Shown here in pieces: positions 15,901 through 30,463 of a DNA stretch of 64,000 bases (position 1 is the first letter of the stretch; every line of letters starts with the position of its first letter). The position numbers were made by a program, and so were the translations under genes. Under the pieces are notes generated by a model, which made no database searches, was not told the DNA's origin, and was given only the letters and a program-made list of their open reading frames with translations. This DNA is from Eledone cirrhosa (Eukaryota): NCBI GenBank assembly GCA_964016885.1, contig OZ024762.1:24614001-24678000 (forward strand). Reading direction: 5' to 3'.

Positions 15901-17939
15901 TATTAAATTACTTCAAGTTTTTCATTATTAAGTAGATTAATTGAGGCACGTGAGTTGTGTATTCCATTAGAAATACGATACCCCGAGGGGTGGTGCCCGA
16001 GAAAAAAGGCTGTTCAAATGGTTGATGATATAATAATGAAATTATTGTGTACAGAGCTCAGTTGTACTACAACTCATCAAAGGTGCATGTATATATCTAA
16101 AGTCTGTCCCAAACTGGTACTTATCCCGGTTTCCATGGCGTGAAACATCTAAGAATACAAAACTCCCCTCTGGACAGGGCGATAGTCCACCCCCAGCTAC
16201 AGCTGAGTATACTGGAGCAACGTGGAATAAAATGTTTTCTCAAGAACACAACACATTCCAGGAATCGAACCCATTTACTTCTAATGACGATATTATGAAG
16301 GGAACTCAAAACAAAAAATGTTTACCCGAAATACATCAACATAAACTAAGATTCCATGTCATAATGGTCTGACCCACCGGGCTACTTAAGACCAGTTTAT
16401 ATATATAAATAGATGTTAGTGTATGTGGAGAGGTAGTGTTGGTGAGTAATTAGACTGCAGACCCTTTTGTTAAAACACCAGACAAACTTCATATGTGAAG
16501 CATCCCCGTAGAACGAACATACCGAGGGTTAAAGTGCTTAAAAACTGAAATGAATTTACAACAATTTTAGATAATATTTAGCAACAATTATGTAAGACCA
16601 ATTTATACACACATATATATATATGGCACACATTTTATCAGGGTGTAAAATAACTCTTGGACCGCTGGAAGAAGTGTTTGAGGAGTCTGCTTTCACGACC
16701 CTCTCAGGAATATGTGGGCGGGGATCGAGTAATTGGACTGTGGACAATATTGTTAAAACACCCGAGAAAACCTCATATGAGACACACACCCCTAGATGCT
16801 GCTCCAGAATACAAAATTAATTTACAACAGTTTCAGAAAATATTTAAGACTGCTGAAGAATTGAATCAACAATATACAGTGTTTGATATCAATATTGAAA
16901 GAAGTATTTAAATACACCGAAATATTTGCTAAAGACAACAGAGCTGCTATAGGGAAAACTAGGAAGAATTTTAAAACTACACCAGATGACATTTTTTGTG
17001 AATAAAAAAGAAACATGTTGAATTTTATTATTAAATCTCTAAATTTTATTGTTTATTTTCAACATGAATTGGAACACGTGCTCTGTGTATTTGATTAGAA
17101 ATACGCAAGAAGAGAAAGACTGCTGTTAAAATGGTTGATTATTAAGGGAACTAAGAAGGAAAGATTTACTAAAATATCTCAACATAATATAAAAATCCAC
17201 GTTATCTTTCAGAAAACTGTAACAGTCTCTTTTTATACCATTTAGCAAGAGTTTTTGTAGAGCTTGAAAAATTCTACAAACTGACGGCATTTGCTTTTCT
17301 TCTTGGTTTGGACGGAGTTTGAATGCGTATGCGCGAAATTTCGAAGCACAAGTTGCAAATATCGTGGCTGTGCCACGGGGTTCCATCTAAAGTCAGGCCA
17401 GGCTACAGTACAATTTAAGATGTTTGGCCATGCTACAGTATTGTCTAAACAACCTGGCCATGCTTCAGCACCATCTGATAAACCTGGCCATACTACAGCA
17501 GCTTCTAATAAGCCAGGCCATACTATAGCAGCTTCTAACAAGCCAGGCCATGCTACAGCAGCATCACAATCAGAGAGAGATACATAGATACAGATGGTGA
17601 GGTAGATAGGTATACATATATATATATATATATATATATGGTATAAACCTGTAACTCCCGAGGGCATTTTAGTGGTACCATATTAGCATACTTCGTTTCT
17701 AGGGTACCTTTAAACCAGGCAGAGCCCATCTCCTCTCCAGGCCTGATTACAGCAGATTTCTTCCAGAGAAGAACGAGAGAGATTGGAAATGAGAAAGAGA
17801 TATATAAGAAGCATTGACCCCTGTACTTGACTGGAACTTTTTAAAAACTTGTCTTGTACATCACCTTTCTTTATTTCCTTCTTCTCGTCACTTCTGTACA
17901 CCAACACACCTCTTGTCCTCCCCCTCTTTCAATCTTTTC

Positions 17940-18495
17940 TATATTTCAGCTACCTGTCACTCACCTTGTGGATTGTCTTTCTGTTGACCACTGGCCACTG
18001 GTCTCTGTCCTCTGAGACATTATATTTCATCTGCCTGTCACCCACCTTGTGGATTGTCTCTCTGTTGACCACTGGCCACTGGTTTCTGTCCTCTGAGACA
18101 TTATATTTCATCTACCTGTCACCCACCTTGTGGATTGTCTCTCTGTTGACCACTGGCCACTGGTCTCTGTCCTCTGAGACATTATATTTCATCTACCTGT
18201 CACCCACCTTGTGGATTGTCTCTCTGTTGACCACTGGTCACTGGTCTCTGTCCTCTGAGACATTATATATCATCTACCTGTCACCCACCTTGTGGATTGT
18301 CTCTCTGTTGACCACTGGCCACTGGTCTCTGTCCTCTGAGACATTCTATATCATCTACCTGTCACCCACCTTGTGGATTGTCTCTCTGTTGACCACTGGC
18401 CGCTGGTCTCTGACCTCTGAGACATTATATATCATCTACCTGTCACCCACCTTGTGGATTGTCTCTCTGTTGACCACTGGCCACTGGTCTCTGTC
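17940..18495. repeat. 81-bp minisatellite, about 7 copies
   Basis: Unit …tacctgtcacccaccttgtggattgtctctctgttgaccactggccactggtctctgtcctctgagacattatatttcatc; gives a 27-aa periodic ORF. Confidence 0.92.
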
Positions 18496-18924
18496 TTCAG
18501 GGGCATTTTTGCCCAGCACTGTCTTTGACAGCATTTAGCTGTTTTAACGACTGTTCTAGCGCTGAGTTTTCTAATTTTTATATGTATTCAATCAAATAGA
18601 CCCTCACTTCATCTCGATCACAGACAACATTCTTTGATATATGTACCTATATATATATACATGTGTGTGTGTGTGTGATTCTGGCTACCAAAATCTGGTT
18701 TACAACTGATGACATAGATAGTAAGACAAGAAAAAAATATATTGATATATACACATACATATAGTTTATCGCTCTACATGGTTGAATACAAGAAATGTAT
18801 ATCTGAGTTTTTTTGAATATTAATAATAATATTTGATTTGTTTCCAGTTATGTAAACAGCCTCTTTAAGCCATGTGAGTAGAATGAACCCATCATTCTTG
18901 CTCTTGTGTTGGCATATAAACAGA

Positions 18925-18971
18925 ATGGCAGAAACTAATGTTTCTAGATGATTACCCTTCATCAGTACCAT
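18925..18971 (-). ncRNA. Hammerhead motif, slightly decayed (same repeat family as 53056-53105)
   Basis: Minus strand: atggta-CTGATGA-agggtaatcatcta-GAAA-cattagt-TTC-tgccat; about 18800-19110 is a reverse copy of about 52895-53200. Confidence 0.55.
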
Positions 18972-19194
18972 ATACTGTTCACCTGCCAACTGTCAGAGCT
19001 AGTGAAAAAATATATGATATTTTCTGGAATATACAGTGACTGATCAGCCAGATCTGCATATTAGCATACCTACTGATCAGTCAGAGTTGCCGATCAGCAG
19101 ACAGGCCAATCAGTTTCCTGTATACAAGCGATTAATGGCTGGCTTTGCCATAGTCAAATAAATATATATTTTTATATATATAAATATATATATA

Positions 19195-20290
19195 GAGAGA
19201 GGAAGAATCCATAGAAATAGTTGATAGCCTCTGCTTCCTAGGTGATATAATTAGCAGTGGAGGAGGACTCTCAAGGAGCAATGTAGCTAGAATATGGACA
19301 GGATGGAAGAAGTTTAGAGAGCTACCTCTTGTTGTCAACAATAGGTTTCTCCCTACAAGAGAAGTTCCTAGCCAAGAATACGCCACTATATTTAGAATTT
19401 GTTTTCATAGAGTACCTTAGTCTATTAACTGGTGGTCCTTAAGGAAATTAGGTGTAGAATAGTTGGTAAGAGCAGTGTAAGCCATGTGCAAAGGAGCTGT
19501 CAGTAAAGAGAGTGTTGGAAGTGAGTACTTCCAGGTGTAGGGAGGTGTTCATCAGGCTTTAATTCTCAATCTACTGCTCTTCATCATAGTTGTCCAAGCC
19601 ATTGCAGAGGAGTTTAATACTGGTTGTCTATGGAAACTTCTCTATGCAGATGATCTGGTCCTTATAGCTGAAGCCTTAAAAGAACTAGAGAATAAGTTCT
19701 GACTATGGAAATGGAATTTGGAATCAAAAGATTGAGAGTAAACTAAAGTACTTGTAATTAGGATAGGAGATAGGACCCTGATTCCTTCAGGGAAGTGGCC
19801 CTGGTCAATATATAGAAACGGAGTGGGTATAAACTCTATACAATGTACTCAATGAAAACCATAGACACACAAGTGATGTAGGGAGATAACAGGTAGACTA
19901 ACAGGAAGAGAAGACTTTGTATGTAAAAGATGCACAAGGGTAACTGAAGGGAAGAGTGTGAATGATATAAACCTTTTTCAATCAGAGGAATGATCTATAG
20001 AAATGGTTGATAGCTGTATAAGTGACCTAATTAGCAGTGGATGAGGGTTCATTGAGAGTATAATAGCTAGAATAAGGACAGGATGGAAGAAGTTTAGAGA
20101 GCTACTCCTGCTGTTCACTACAAAAGGTTTCTCCAGACTTACAGAGGCTGTATGATGCCTGTTTGCGAAGTGCAATGCAGCATGGTATTGAAACAGGGAC
20201 AGTGACTGCGGACGACATGCATAGACTGGAGAGAAATGAAGCTACCATACTGTATTGGATGTGCAATGTAAATGTGAGAGAAAAGCAGAA
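19195..20290 (+). pseudogene. RTE-clade LINE fragment (RT with YADD and a Cys-rich segment)
   Basis: GGVHQALILNLLLFIIVVQAIAEEFNTGCLWKLLYADDLVLIAE; EIVDSLCFLGDIISSGGG; segment about 19200-19360 is duplicated at about 19985-20135. Confidence 0.85.
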
Positions 20291-20539
20291 AAGATGTAAG
20301 TGACATAGTCACTACTTTAAAACTGATAGTGTATGGTCTTCTAAATGTTTTTAATTAAACATACGGTATATTGCCTAATATACTATACATACATTCATGT
20401 ATACATCGCTATTTCAGAGCACCAACCCTAATATATATATATATATATATGCAAAAGTTTTATTTAAGATTGTTGGGTTACAACGAGTAAATATTTTATA
20501 ACTGATATAAAAGCACTAGTTTCCATTTGTTTAATATCG

Positions 20540-20572
<33 letters not shown>

Positions 20573-20708
20573 AGTAAGTATGTTTTGAAACAGTGAGGGA
20601 GTTTGAAATTAGAAAATATATAGCTTTCACCGTATTTTTGACTAAAGGAATTTTTAGCTTGATAACGGGGTTTAGAACCCTCAGATAAATGGAAAAAGAT
20701 GAGTATTG

Positions 20709-20754
<46 letters not shown>

Positions 20755-20758
20755 ATTT

Positions 20759-20840
<82 letters not shown>

Positions 20841-20842
<2 letters not shown>

Positions 20843-21123
20843 AGGCACATGGCTTAGTGGTTAGAGCATTGGCCTTGCAATCGAAAGGTTGTGAGTTCAA
20901 TTCTCAGACCGGGTGATGTGTTGTTTCCTTGAGCAAGACACTTTATTTCACATTGCTCCAGTTTACTCAGCTGTAGAAATGAGATGATAGGACTGGGGTC
21001 CCTATCATTCCACTGGTTGGTGTTAGGAAGGGCATCCAGCTGTAGAAATCAAGCCAGAATCAGTTCCCGTCCCAAGCAGGGAAAAGTGGACGTAAAATGA
21101 AATGAGGATGAAATGATGATGAT
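20841..21123 (+). mobile_element. CORE-like SINE (family 1) with internal deletions
   Basis: A box tggcttagtgg, B box gttcaattc, core and gatgat tail; inserted in (TA)n. Confidence 0.85.
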
Positions 21124-21692
21124 ATATACAGAAGTATATATACACTTACATAAATTTAGATACACTCATAGAAAACAAACCATTTATCTAGATGCCATGC
21201 ATTAAAAGCAATCGATGATGGAATGGTTACAAGATGGAAATCATGTATGTATACACATGTGTATACATACATGATATATATTGTGTATATATGTGTGCGT
21301 GAGTCGAAAATTGTATATAGCTAATCTAATATAAATTATATATCAGTATGTAAATATATTATACATGTAGACATAAATATATGTGTGTGTGTATATATAC
21401 GTGTGTGTGTGTGTATATATATATACATGTGTGTGTGTGTGTATATATATATATACATACACACACACACATATATATATCTTTATGAGTGTGTATGTAT
21501 AAATGTCTGTGTACAAATATATATATATATATTTGTGGATACATGCACATATTTACATATGTATATGGGTGTTTTGTATGTGCATGTGTATTTATGTATG
21601 TTTATACGTATATATTTGTGTATGTATATATATATATTTATATATATGTATGTATATATATGCATGTATGTATATATATGTATGTATGTATA

Positions 21693-21768
<76 letters not shown>

Positions 21769-21935
21769 CTAAATAGAAGCGAAAACCAACCAAACAGTGA
21801 GTGTGTTCTGTTATTAATTCTGGCAATATTACACTAATATGACCCTCCCCAAGTATAACAATATATATATATATTTGTATATATATATGTATATATATAT
21901 ATGTATGTATATGTATGTATATATATGTATGTATG

Positions 21936-21992
<57 letters not shown>

Positions 21993-22144
21993 TTGTATAT
22001 ATATATGTATGTGTGTATATGTGCATATGTATATATATATAGCTGTCATCTTCCAGCAATATTTCAACAGAGTCTAGGGAGTATAGAGAGGCACAAGACA
22101 GAGATAGAAGCTGCGTGTTTATAAATGTTGGTAATTCATATATC

Positions 22145-22176
<32 letters not shown>

Positions 22177-22546
22177 CATCACCATCTTCACCATTGTCAC
22201 CATCCTCTGTTCTCTCCACCTCTGCCAAAATCTTCCTCAACTGTCACTTCTCAGCTTATTGGGTCACCTTGGTAGCAAAAGCTATCAACCACTTCTATGG
22301 AGCTGTCAGTAGCTTGCATAAAGTTTATTTCACTGATTCTTTTACTGCCAACAACTTAAAATATGAGGACATGAATAAATTAAGGTAAAAAACAACCCAT
22401 TTCTTATGATTTAATTATTTTCTGGCCAAACCCACATTGCTGTGGCTTTCAAACTTCAAATTCTCTCTCTCTATATATATGTGTTCTTACAATTTATTTA
22501 TTTTCCATCCAAACCTGCATTGTTGAGGCTGACAAACTTCAAATTT

Positions 22547-22618
<72 letters not shown>

Positions 22619-22750
22619 GTGAGGTTTTTTTTACAAATTGAAAAATAACCGAGGTGTCCTACACGAGTGAAAGTATAAAGAAAATGAGATGAAATCGAAA
22701 ATGCAACTGGAGTCTTATTTTTTTTTTAAATATATATATTTATTTGGTTC

Positions 22751-22786
22751 CTTTACTGGTTTCGCAGTTCTTCTGCTTTTCAAAAG
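22751..22786 (-). ncRNA. Hammerhead variant with U3-A8 core (family E)
   Basis: Minus strand: ctt-TTGAAAA-gcagaagaactgc-GAAA-cca-GTA-aag. Confidence 0.5.
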
Positions 22787-22832
22787 TAGAGTTGAGATGG
22801 AGGGTCTGTGGTTTTTCTCACATATATATATA

Positions 22833-23161
22833 TATCATCATTTTCATCATTTCATTTTACGTCCGCTTTTTTCCCTGCTTGCAAGGGTGGGACGGGAACT
22901 GATTCTGGCTTGATTTCTACAGCTGGATGCCCTTCCTAACACCAACCTCATTTACAGTGAGTGCTGGGTGCTTTTTTGCCGTGGCACCTCCACGACCACT
23001 TTGCAGTGGAATGATAGGGACCCCAATCCTATCATCTCATTTCTACAGCTGAGTAAACTGGAGCAATGTGAAATAAAGTGTCTTGCTCAAGGAAACAACA
23101 CATCACCCGGTCTGAGAATTGAACTCACAACCTTTCGATTGCAAGGCCAATGCTCCAACCA
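22833..23161 (-). mobile_element. CORE-like SINE (family 1)
   Basis: Near-identical to 3833-4164. Confidence 0.85.
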
Positions 23162-23282
23162 TATATATATATATACATATATACATATATACATACATAT
23201 ATGTGTATATATCTATGTATATATATATATATACATATATATATCTATGTATATATGTATACATATATATGTATATATCATC

Positions 23283-23508
23283 AGCAACATCATCATTTTA
23301 TGTCTGCTTTTCCCTGCTTGCAAGGGTGGGACAGTCCTATTCAGCACAGCATCTCTCCACTTGTCACGGTCCTTCGTCATCTCCTCCATGAGCTTCAGCG
23401 TTCTGAGGTCAGCTCTCACCACCTCCGCCGCCGCCCATGACTTTTGTGGTCTTCCTCTACTGCATCTTCCTTCTACTGGGATTTCTTGGCACTTCTTTAC
23501 CCAGTGGT
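23283..23508 (-). mobile_element. 3' end of an RTE LINE sharing its tail with SINE family 1
   Basis: Reads VEGRCSRGRPQKSW…[26 protein letters not shown], then gtcccacccttgcaagcagggaaaagc…atgatg. Confidence 0.8.
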
Positions 23509-23540
23509 AAAGATATATATATATAGTTTTAATATAGATG

Positions 23541-23591
23541 AGATTCTACAGGACTAGAACTGTTTCATTCTTTAGAAATCATCAGGAATCT
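23541..23591 (-). ncRNA. Type-I hammerhead ribozyme motif
   Basis: Minus strand: agattc-CTGATGA-tttctaaagaat-GAAA-cagttctagtcct-GTA-gaatct; TATAAATA lies about 25 nt upstream of stem I. Confidence 0.7.
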
Positions 23592-24019
23592 GGGTATCAA
23601 AAAATAAATATGGTATTTATAGGTCTCTTCCGGTGGTAGGAGAGGGTAGGGAGTGGGATGGGTGGAGGTCATTGGTTGAAAGAAAAGGGAATTCATTAAA
23701 AACTAATTCTTTAAAGCTATAGTTTATATTTAGAGTAACAAAGGCAGGAAGAATTCTATAAACAAGTTCAGATTGGGGTGCCACTCCTTGTTTTTAAGTT
23801 TCTCTTAAGCTAACAATGCCAAGATTTCAGGTGTCTATAAGATGGTTGGGGTCAGTCATGGTTGATGGATTTAAAGAAAAGGGAAATTCTTTAAAAGCTA
23901 ATTCTTTAAGTTTCTACTCAGTGACAAAGGCCTAGAGAATTCTATAGACCAGTTCAAAATATTGAGTGCCTATCATACCATTATCTTCAAATTTCTCTTA
24001 AACTATATTCCAAAAGTCA

Positions 24020-24068
24020 ACAGACACATTCACAAACACACTCACTCACACACACACTCGCGCGCACC

Positions 24069-24103
<35 letters not shown>

Positions 24104-24133
24104 ATAATCACATATATACATATATATACACAC

Positions 24134-24176
<43 letters not shown>

Positions 24177-24253
24177 ATCACATATATACATATATATACA
24201 CATATACACACACACATATATATATATATATACACACACATATATATATATAT

Positions 24254-24297
<44 letters not shown>

Positions 24298-24309
24298 TTA
24301 CATATACCC

Positions 24310-24352
<43 letters not shown>

Positions 24353-24435
24353 TATATACATATATATAAACACATACACACATGTTCACATATATACATA
24401 TATATATATATACATATATACACATACATAAACAC

Positions 24436-24518
<83 letters not shown>

Positions 24519-24675
24519 TACACACATATATATATATATGTATATACACATACACACACATATACATACATATACATACATACACACATACATATATATA
24601 CATACATACACACATGCATATATATACACACATATATATAAACATATATACACATATACACGTATGCATATATAC

Positions 24676-24726
<51 letters not shown>

Positions 24727-24741
24727 CATACATACACATAC

Positions 24742-24822
<81 letters not shown>

Positions 24823-24883
24823 CATATATATACATATATACATACATACATATACATATACATACATACATATACATACATAT

Positions 24884-24914
<31 letters not shown>

Positions 24915-25141
24915 CATATATATATATACATATATATATATACAAACATACATACACACATACATACACATATACACACATATATACATATATACACAAA
25001 TATACGCACATACATACACATACACACACATATATATACACACATATATATACACAAATATTCACATACCTACATATATATACATAAATACATATACACA
25101 CATATACATACACACATATATACACATATATATATATATAT

Positions 25142-25172
<31 letters not shown>

Positions 25173-25175
25173 GAG
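24020..25175. repeat. Compound (TA)/(CA) microsatellite field
   Basis: Directly visible; similar fields at 21360-22040, 50330-51290 and 56355-57210. Confidence 0.95.
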
Positions 25176-25223
25176 AGAGTTTTGCGAGGTTTTTGATATG
25201 AAATCGTGCGTCGAAACAAATAT

Positions 25224-25586
25224 TGTTATACTTGGGGAGGGTCATATTTGTGTAATATTGCCAGAATTAATAACAGAACACACTCACTGTTTGGTTGGTT
25301 TTCGCTTTTCGCTTCTGTGTCTTTTATATCGGTAATCTAATTTATTCGGTCCTCAATGTTGCCATTGACTGACCAACGGTCAAAAATACAGACACAATAT
25401 AGACACAAACACATATATATAGTCTCTCAAAGTTCTTTCGTCGCACATCTGCAACATCGTCAGTAGTGCTATTGTTTCCTCCCGTTGCATTGTATTTTCT
25501 ACGCCATCTTTATTAAAACCAACCAAACAGTGAATGTGTTCTATTAATTCTGGCAATATTATTACAATATGACCCACCCCAAGTAT

Positions 25587-25590
<4 letters not shown>
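25224..25590. mobile_element. Short element bounded by about 75-bp imperfect inverted repeats (TGTTATACTTGGGG…CCCCAAGTATAACA)
   Basis: Arms at about 25224-25300 and 25515-25590; a lone arm at about 21776-21860; interior shares a motif with 31308-31705. Confidence 0.6.
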
Positions 25591-25617
<27 letters not shown>

Positions 25618-25686
25618 AACAAATAAATACATACACAGATATATACACATATACATACACATACATTCATATACGCATATACACAT

Positions 25687-25746
<60 letters not shown>

Positions 25747-26455
25747 ATGGAAAAATTTGAACAGGGACAAAACAGAGAGGCAGAACAACGAATGTTTATT
25801 AATTTCACGCTCTGGAGCGTGGGGTGTTGGTGGGGAACGAAGGAAATGTGGTAAGGAACCAGATGGACCATAACGCACCAGAGTACTCAATACTTAGGGT
25901 AGTAGAGTGGGTAATAGGAACCATTGTTTGCATTTGAGGCAGAGAATGGAGTTCCTACCTACACCTTTCCTACATACTGAGCAAGGCCATTTCCCTGAGG
26001 GGATCTGGGTTCTATTTTCTCGTCTACTTACAAGGACCTTAGTCTTTGTCAGGTTGACTTTGAGACCCTTTCTTTCTAGTCCCTGCTAGATAGTGCACTT
26101 TTAGGCTACGGCCAGCCATACGAACCTGTAACAGATCTTGAACAAGCAATGCCTGTGCTTTGAAGGTTTTTTTACACATACACATATATATATATACATA
26201 CATACACATATATATACGTACATACATACACATGTATACATACATACTCGTGAATATACATACACACACATATAGATATTAATAGATACACACACATATA
26301 TATATACATGTGTGTGTGCGTGTTTGTGTTTATATATATGTATATATTTGTGTGTTTCTATTTACGTATGTTTGTATATATTACAAAATTTGCCAGAGGC
26401 TCAGATTTAATCGTTGACGAATCAAAGAATTTGCAAATAAATTCATAAAGATATG

Positions 26456-26490
<35 letters not shown>

Positions 26491-26659
26491 GAACAACGTG
26501 AATAATAATAATAATAATAATAATAATATTAATAATAATATAAATAGACTGCAAATTCTCGAAAGAGAAAAAAACTTCACAAGATTGTTTCTTTTTTTAA
26601 ATGCAAACCTGTTGAAAATTGAGTAAAAGAAAGCAAAATATGCTTGTGAATGTTTGTGA

Positions 26660-27275
26660 ACTTTTAACTGATATTACGCTTATTGGCATGTGTGTGTCTG
26701 TGTATATATGTTTGTGTGTGTGTGTGTCTCTGTATATGCCCGTGTGTGCGTGCGTGTGAACTTTTAACTGATATTTCGTTTATTGGCATGTGTGTGTGTG
26801 TGTCTGAATATGCCTCTGTGTGCATGTATGCAAGTGTGTGTGTATATTTCTGGCAGTGAATATCCGTATATGTGTGTATATGTGTGTGTCTGAACATGCC
26901 TGTGTGTGTGTATTTGTGGCCCTCAATATTTGTATAAGTGTGTATGTGTGTGTGTATCTGAACATGCCTGTGTGTGTGTATTTGTGGCCATCAATATTTG
27001 TATAAGTGTGTATGTGTGTGTGTGTATCTGAATATGCTTGTGTGTGTGTATTTGTGGCCATCAATATTTGTATAAGTGTGTATGTGCGTGTGTATCTGAA
27101 TATGCTTGTGTGTGTGTATTTATGGCTGTCAATATTTGTCTATGTGAGTGTGTCTGTGTTTGAACACGCCTGTGTGTGCATGTGTGCATCTGTGTGTGTG
27201 TGTGTGTATTTGTAACTATGAATATCCGTATAAGTGAGTATGTGTGTGTGTCTGCATATGCCCCTGTGTGTGTTT
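26660..27275. repeat. (TG)-rich degenerate minisatellite of about 60-65 bp
   Basis: Recurring tctgaacatgcctgtgtg…tatttgtggccatcaatatttg. Confidence 0.8.
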
Positions 27276-27539
27276 ATAGATACCTATTTTTTTCCCTGTA
27301 TTTTCCTGTTTATGGAATATATATTTTTTGTCTTCTGGTTATCACAGAGATGGAAGTAATGGCGATTGAACGATTCCTTTCAGAGGCGCCAAAATTCTCT
27401 GAAAGTGATAGGGACATAAAGAATAGAAAAACAGAAATATAACAACATAAATAAATATATAAAATATGATATAATTATCTAATATAAAATTTATATAAAA
27501 CAATAATGGTATGTTTCTTGGGGTATTCTGCAAAGGAGG

Positions 27540-27723
27540 GAGATAGGTCGATAACAGATTGATAGATAGATACATACATACACACACAGATAGTTAAATA
27601 GCAAAATAGATAAATAGCTGAATATATATATAGAGATAGATAGATAGATTTCTTTATTAGCCACAAGGGCGCAACAAGAAAGGGGACAATACAAAGACAT
27701 GCCGGGGATTTTACATACAGTCG

Positions 27724-27755
<32 letters not shown>

Positions 27756-28065
27756 GGATATATATCTATAGATTGATAGATGCATAGATAGTTAAATAGA
27801 TAAATAAATAGTTCAATAGATAGATATAGAGAGACAGATAGATACATAGATAGATAAATAGAGGAATATATATATTGATATGTAGATAGATAGATAGATA
27901 GATCTATGAATAAATAGATCGGTGCATAATTAGTTAAATAGATAAATAGATATCTTTCTTTATTTGCCACAGGGGCGTAGATACATAGATAGATAGATAA
28001 CCGATAGATAGATACAATGACAGATAGATAGATAGATAGATAGATAGAATGATAGATAGATAGAG
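27540..28065. repeat. (GATA)n-rich region with two short putative LINE 3' ends (minus strand)
   Basis: GATA repeats; minus strand cccttgtggctaataaagaaa at about 27650 and a variant at about 27960; related piece at about 7510. Confidence 0.6.
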
Positions 28066-28224
28066 AAAGAATGTTACTATTTCTCACCCAGAGCCCCTTA
28101 ACATTACGAAATCCTCGATTGATTCTGGATTAAATATCATATACAATTTTTTTTTCCATTCATACTTCATGGTCCCACTTCACAAAAACAACAAACAACT
28201 AAATTTCCCAATATATATTTATCA

Positions 28225-28256
<32 letters not shown>

Positions 28257-29343
28257 TTATTGGTAAAAAAAATCGATAATTTTCTATATAAATAAAAATT
28301 TAAGAAAATCGTTTTCAACGATTATCCGTGAAAAATATTCTCTGAGTTGATTTTTTTTTTTACATGGTTAAGCAAAAAGAAATATATAAGGAGGGCTAAT
28401 TATACGTAACATTAGCAAAGATGTTGCCGGGGGTTCCCCTTTCCCAAATAATAAATAAAAAAACTGTACTAAGACAAAGAAAGAATACCTAAAAATGGAT
28501 GTTCTGGCCAGGAATTTTTTTGTAATTTCTGTATCATTTTTCTCACGTTTTTATAAAGTGATACAAATATAAAAACAAAACGAAAAAGACATAAAATAAA
28601 AAAAAAAGAAAATAGAATCGAAGAATATATTATATGAAAGAAAAGTCAACAAGGAAAAAAAAAAAAACACGTGAGAACGATACAATAAAATTATGATATA
28701 TATTAGTTTAACGCTGGATATAATAGGAAAAGATTCTTACGTTCTGGATGTGTTTCTTCTATCGAAAAAAAAAGAGAGAATACATCAAAATTGGAATTTC
28801 AAACCATGAAATGTTTGTTATTATTTTCTATTTCTCACATGTTTTAAAAGTGATAGAAAAATATACAATTATTAAAGCCGCAAAATTTGCTAACGTAAGA
28901 TTCTTTGTTATCTTAGCAATCTTGATTTTCTTTCTTATGCATTGTATGGCTTTCAAATTATTTAAATTTCTGTTTCCTATTCAACAATGCTTCAAGCAAA
29001 CTACAACACTGTTATATATTATATATGAGAAAAGTCAATAAGGAAAAGGTAATGACGATAAATATTAATTTTAACGCTTGGTATAGTAAAAAATGATAAC
29101 GTTTCGGACGTTAGTTCTTCGTCAGAAGATATAATTTGAGAGAGAAGAAGAAATAGAAAGATAAACGAGAATATGAAAGGAATTTAAAAAAAAATGGGAA
29201 AACATTATTTCTTAGGAAGAAGATATGACCTTATGTTTGAAGTTTTCTGCGCAATCATCAGATTCCGAGTTCTATATCTCCAGAACATTCTTCAATTAGT
29301 TGAGTCAGCGGTGCAGGTTACCAGTTGTGGTTCTGCAAATAAT

Positions 29344-29531
29344 TGTTTCTACTTTTGGCACAAGGCTAGCAACTATCCCAGTGCATTACTGGTACTTTAT
29401 TTTATCGACCCCGTAAGGATGAAAGGCAAAGTTAACCTCGGCGGGATTTGAACTCAGATAATAAAGGGCCGTAACTCTATGCTGCAAAGCATGGCGTCCG
29501 GCCCTCTACCGATACTGCTAATCCACCGCCC
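29344..29531 (-). mobile_element. Meta-like SINE with 16-bp TSD
   Basis: tggttct(g/c)caaataat at 29328-29343 and 29532-29547. Confidence 0.85.
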
Positions 29532-30463
29532 TGGTTCTCCAAATAATGTACCATATATATCAGATTTCACCTATATATCTACAGGACATTTACTCAACTA
29601 CACCCTGAGGGGACGGATGAGGTAGCTGTGATATTCTACAGGTGACGCTCCGAAAGAGATGGTCGGGTTAGTGCTGAAGAGTTGACGATCTGCAAGGGGT
29701 AGACAGGTTAGCAGTGTTGCTCTACGGAAAGACTAGCAGTTAGAACGGAAGGGCTAGCAGTGGTTGTCATACCACTGGATATCGTAAAATAGCTGGAAGA
29801 AATTAAGCAATACATTACCTGCAGCTATCAAAAGATTCGAGTAATTTGTATTTGGAAGAAAACATAAATTAAAATCTTTTCCTGGGTCCTGTATTTTCGT
29901 TGCTCTAGTGATGCGGCTGGACTGCCGACCGCTATATCTGTTTTGCTAAGCTGTCTGAACGTATTGTTATTACTCTGGGGTTCTTTTCCCCATCTGAGTG
30001 CTAAAGCTACCGATTCTGCATTCGTTAGCTTGGCCGTGTTCTAAAGCTTCGTTAATGCTGTACTAAAATTTATATATATATAAATATATATATATATATG
30101 CAAAAGTTTTATTTAAAATTGTTGGGATACAACAAGTAAATATTTTATAACTGTTATAAAGCACTCGACAAGTTTTTGGAGTAGATATACGATATTAAAT
30201 AAATGGAAACTATATTTATAAAACCATATTTATTTCATTATACATATTTCAGGGATACCAAATTAAAATATGGCATGCCTTCGTCAGATAAAATACAATA
30301 TATAAACAGTTTTATAAATAATTTTGATGTACCCTATTAGAAGCGACCATTATTTTTGGAAGCTGTCTGGATAGTGAGATGTTTATAATTATTTTATTAG
30401 TTATAGTGTTAAGCACAGTTAGAAATTATTTATAAAATTATTTATAAAACTGTTTATATATTG

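Noticed and set aside
20841-20912. tRNA gene
   Set aside because: The tRNA-like head continues into a SINE core and tail; multiple copies; no proper acceptor stem or T-run terminator
29190-30060. Penelope RT/GIY-YIG coding remnant (also about 23600-24000, 32330-32770 and 58760-59170)
   Set aside because: Position upstream of hammerheads is suggestive, but I could not read convincing protein motifs
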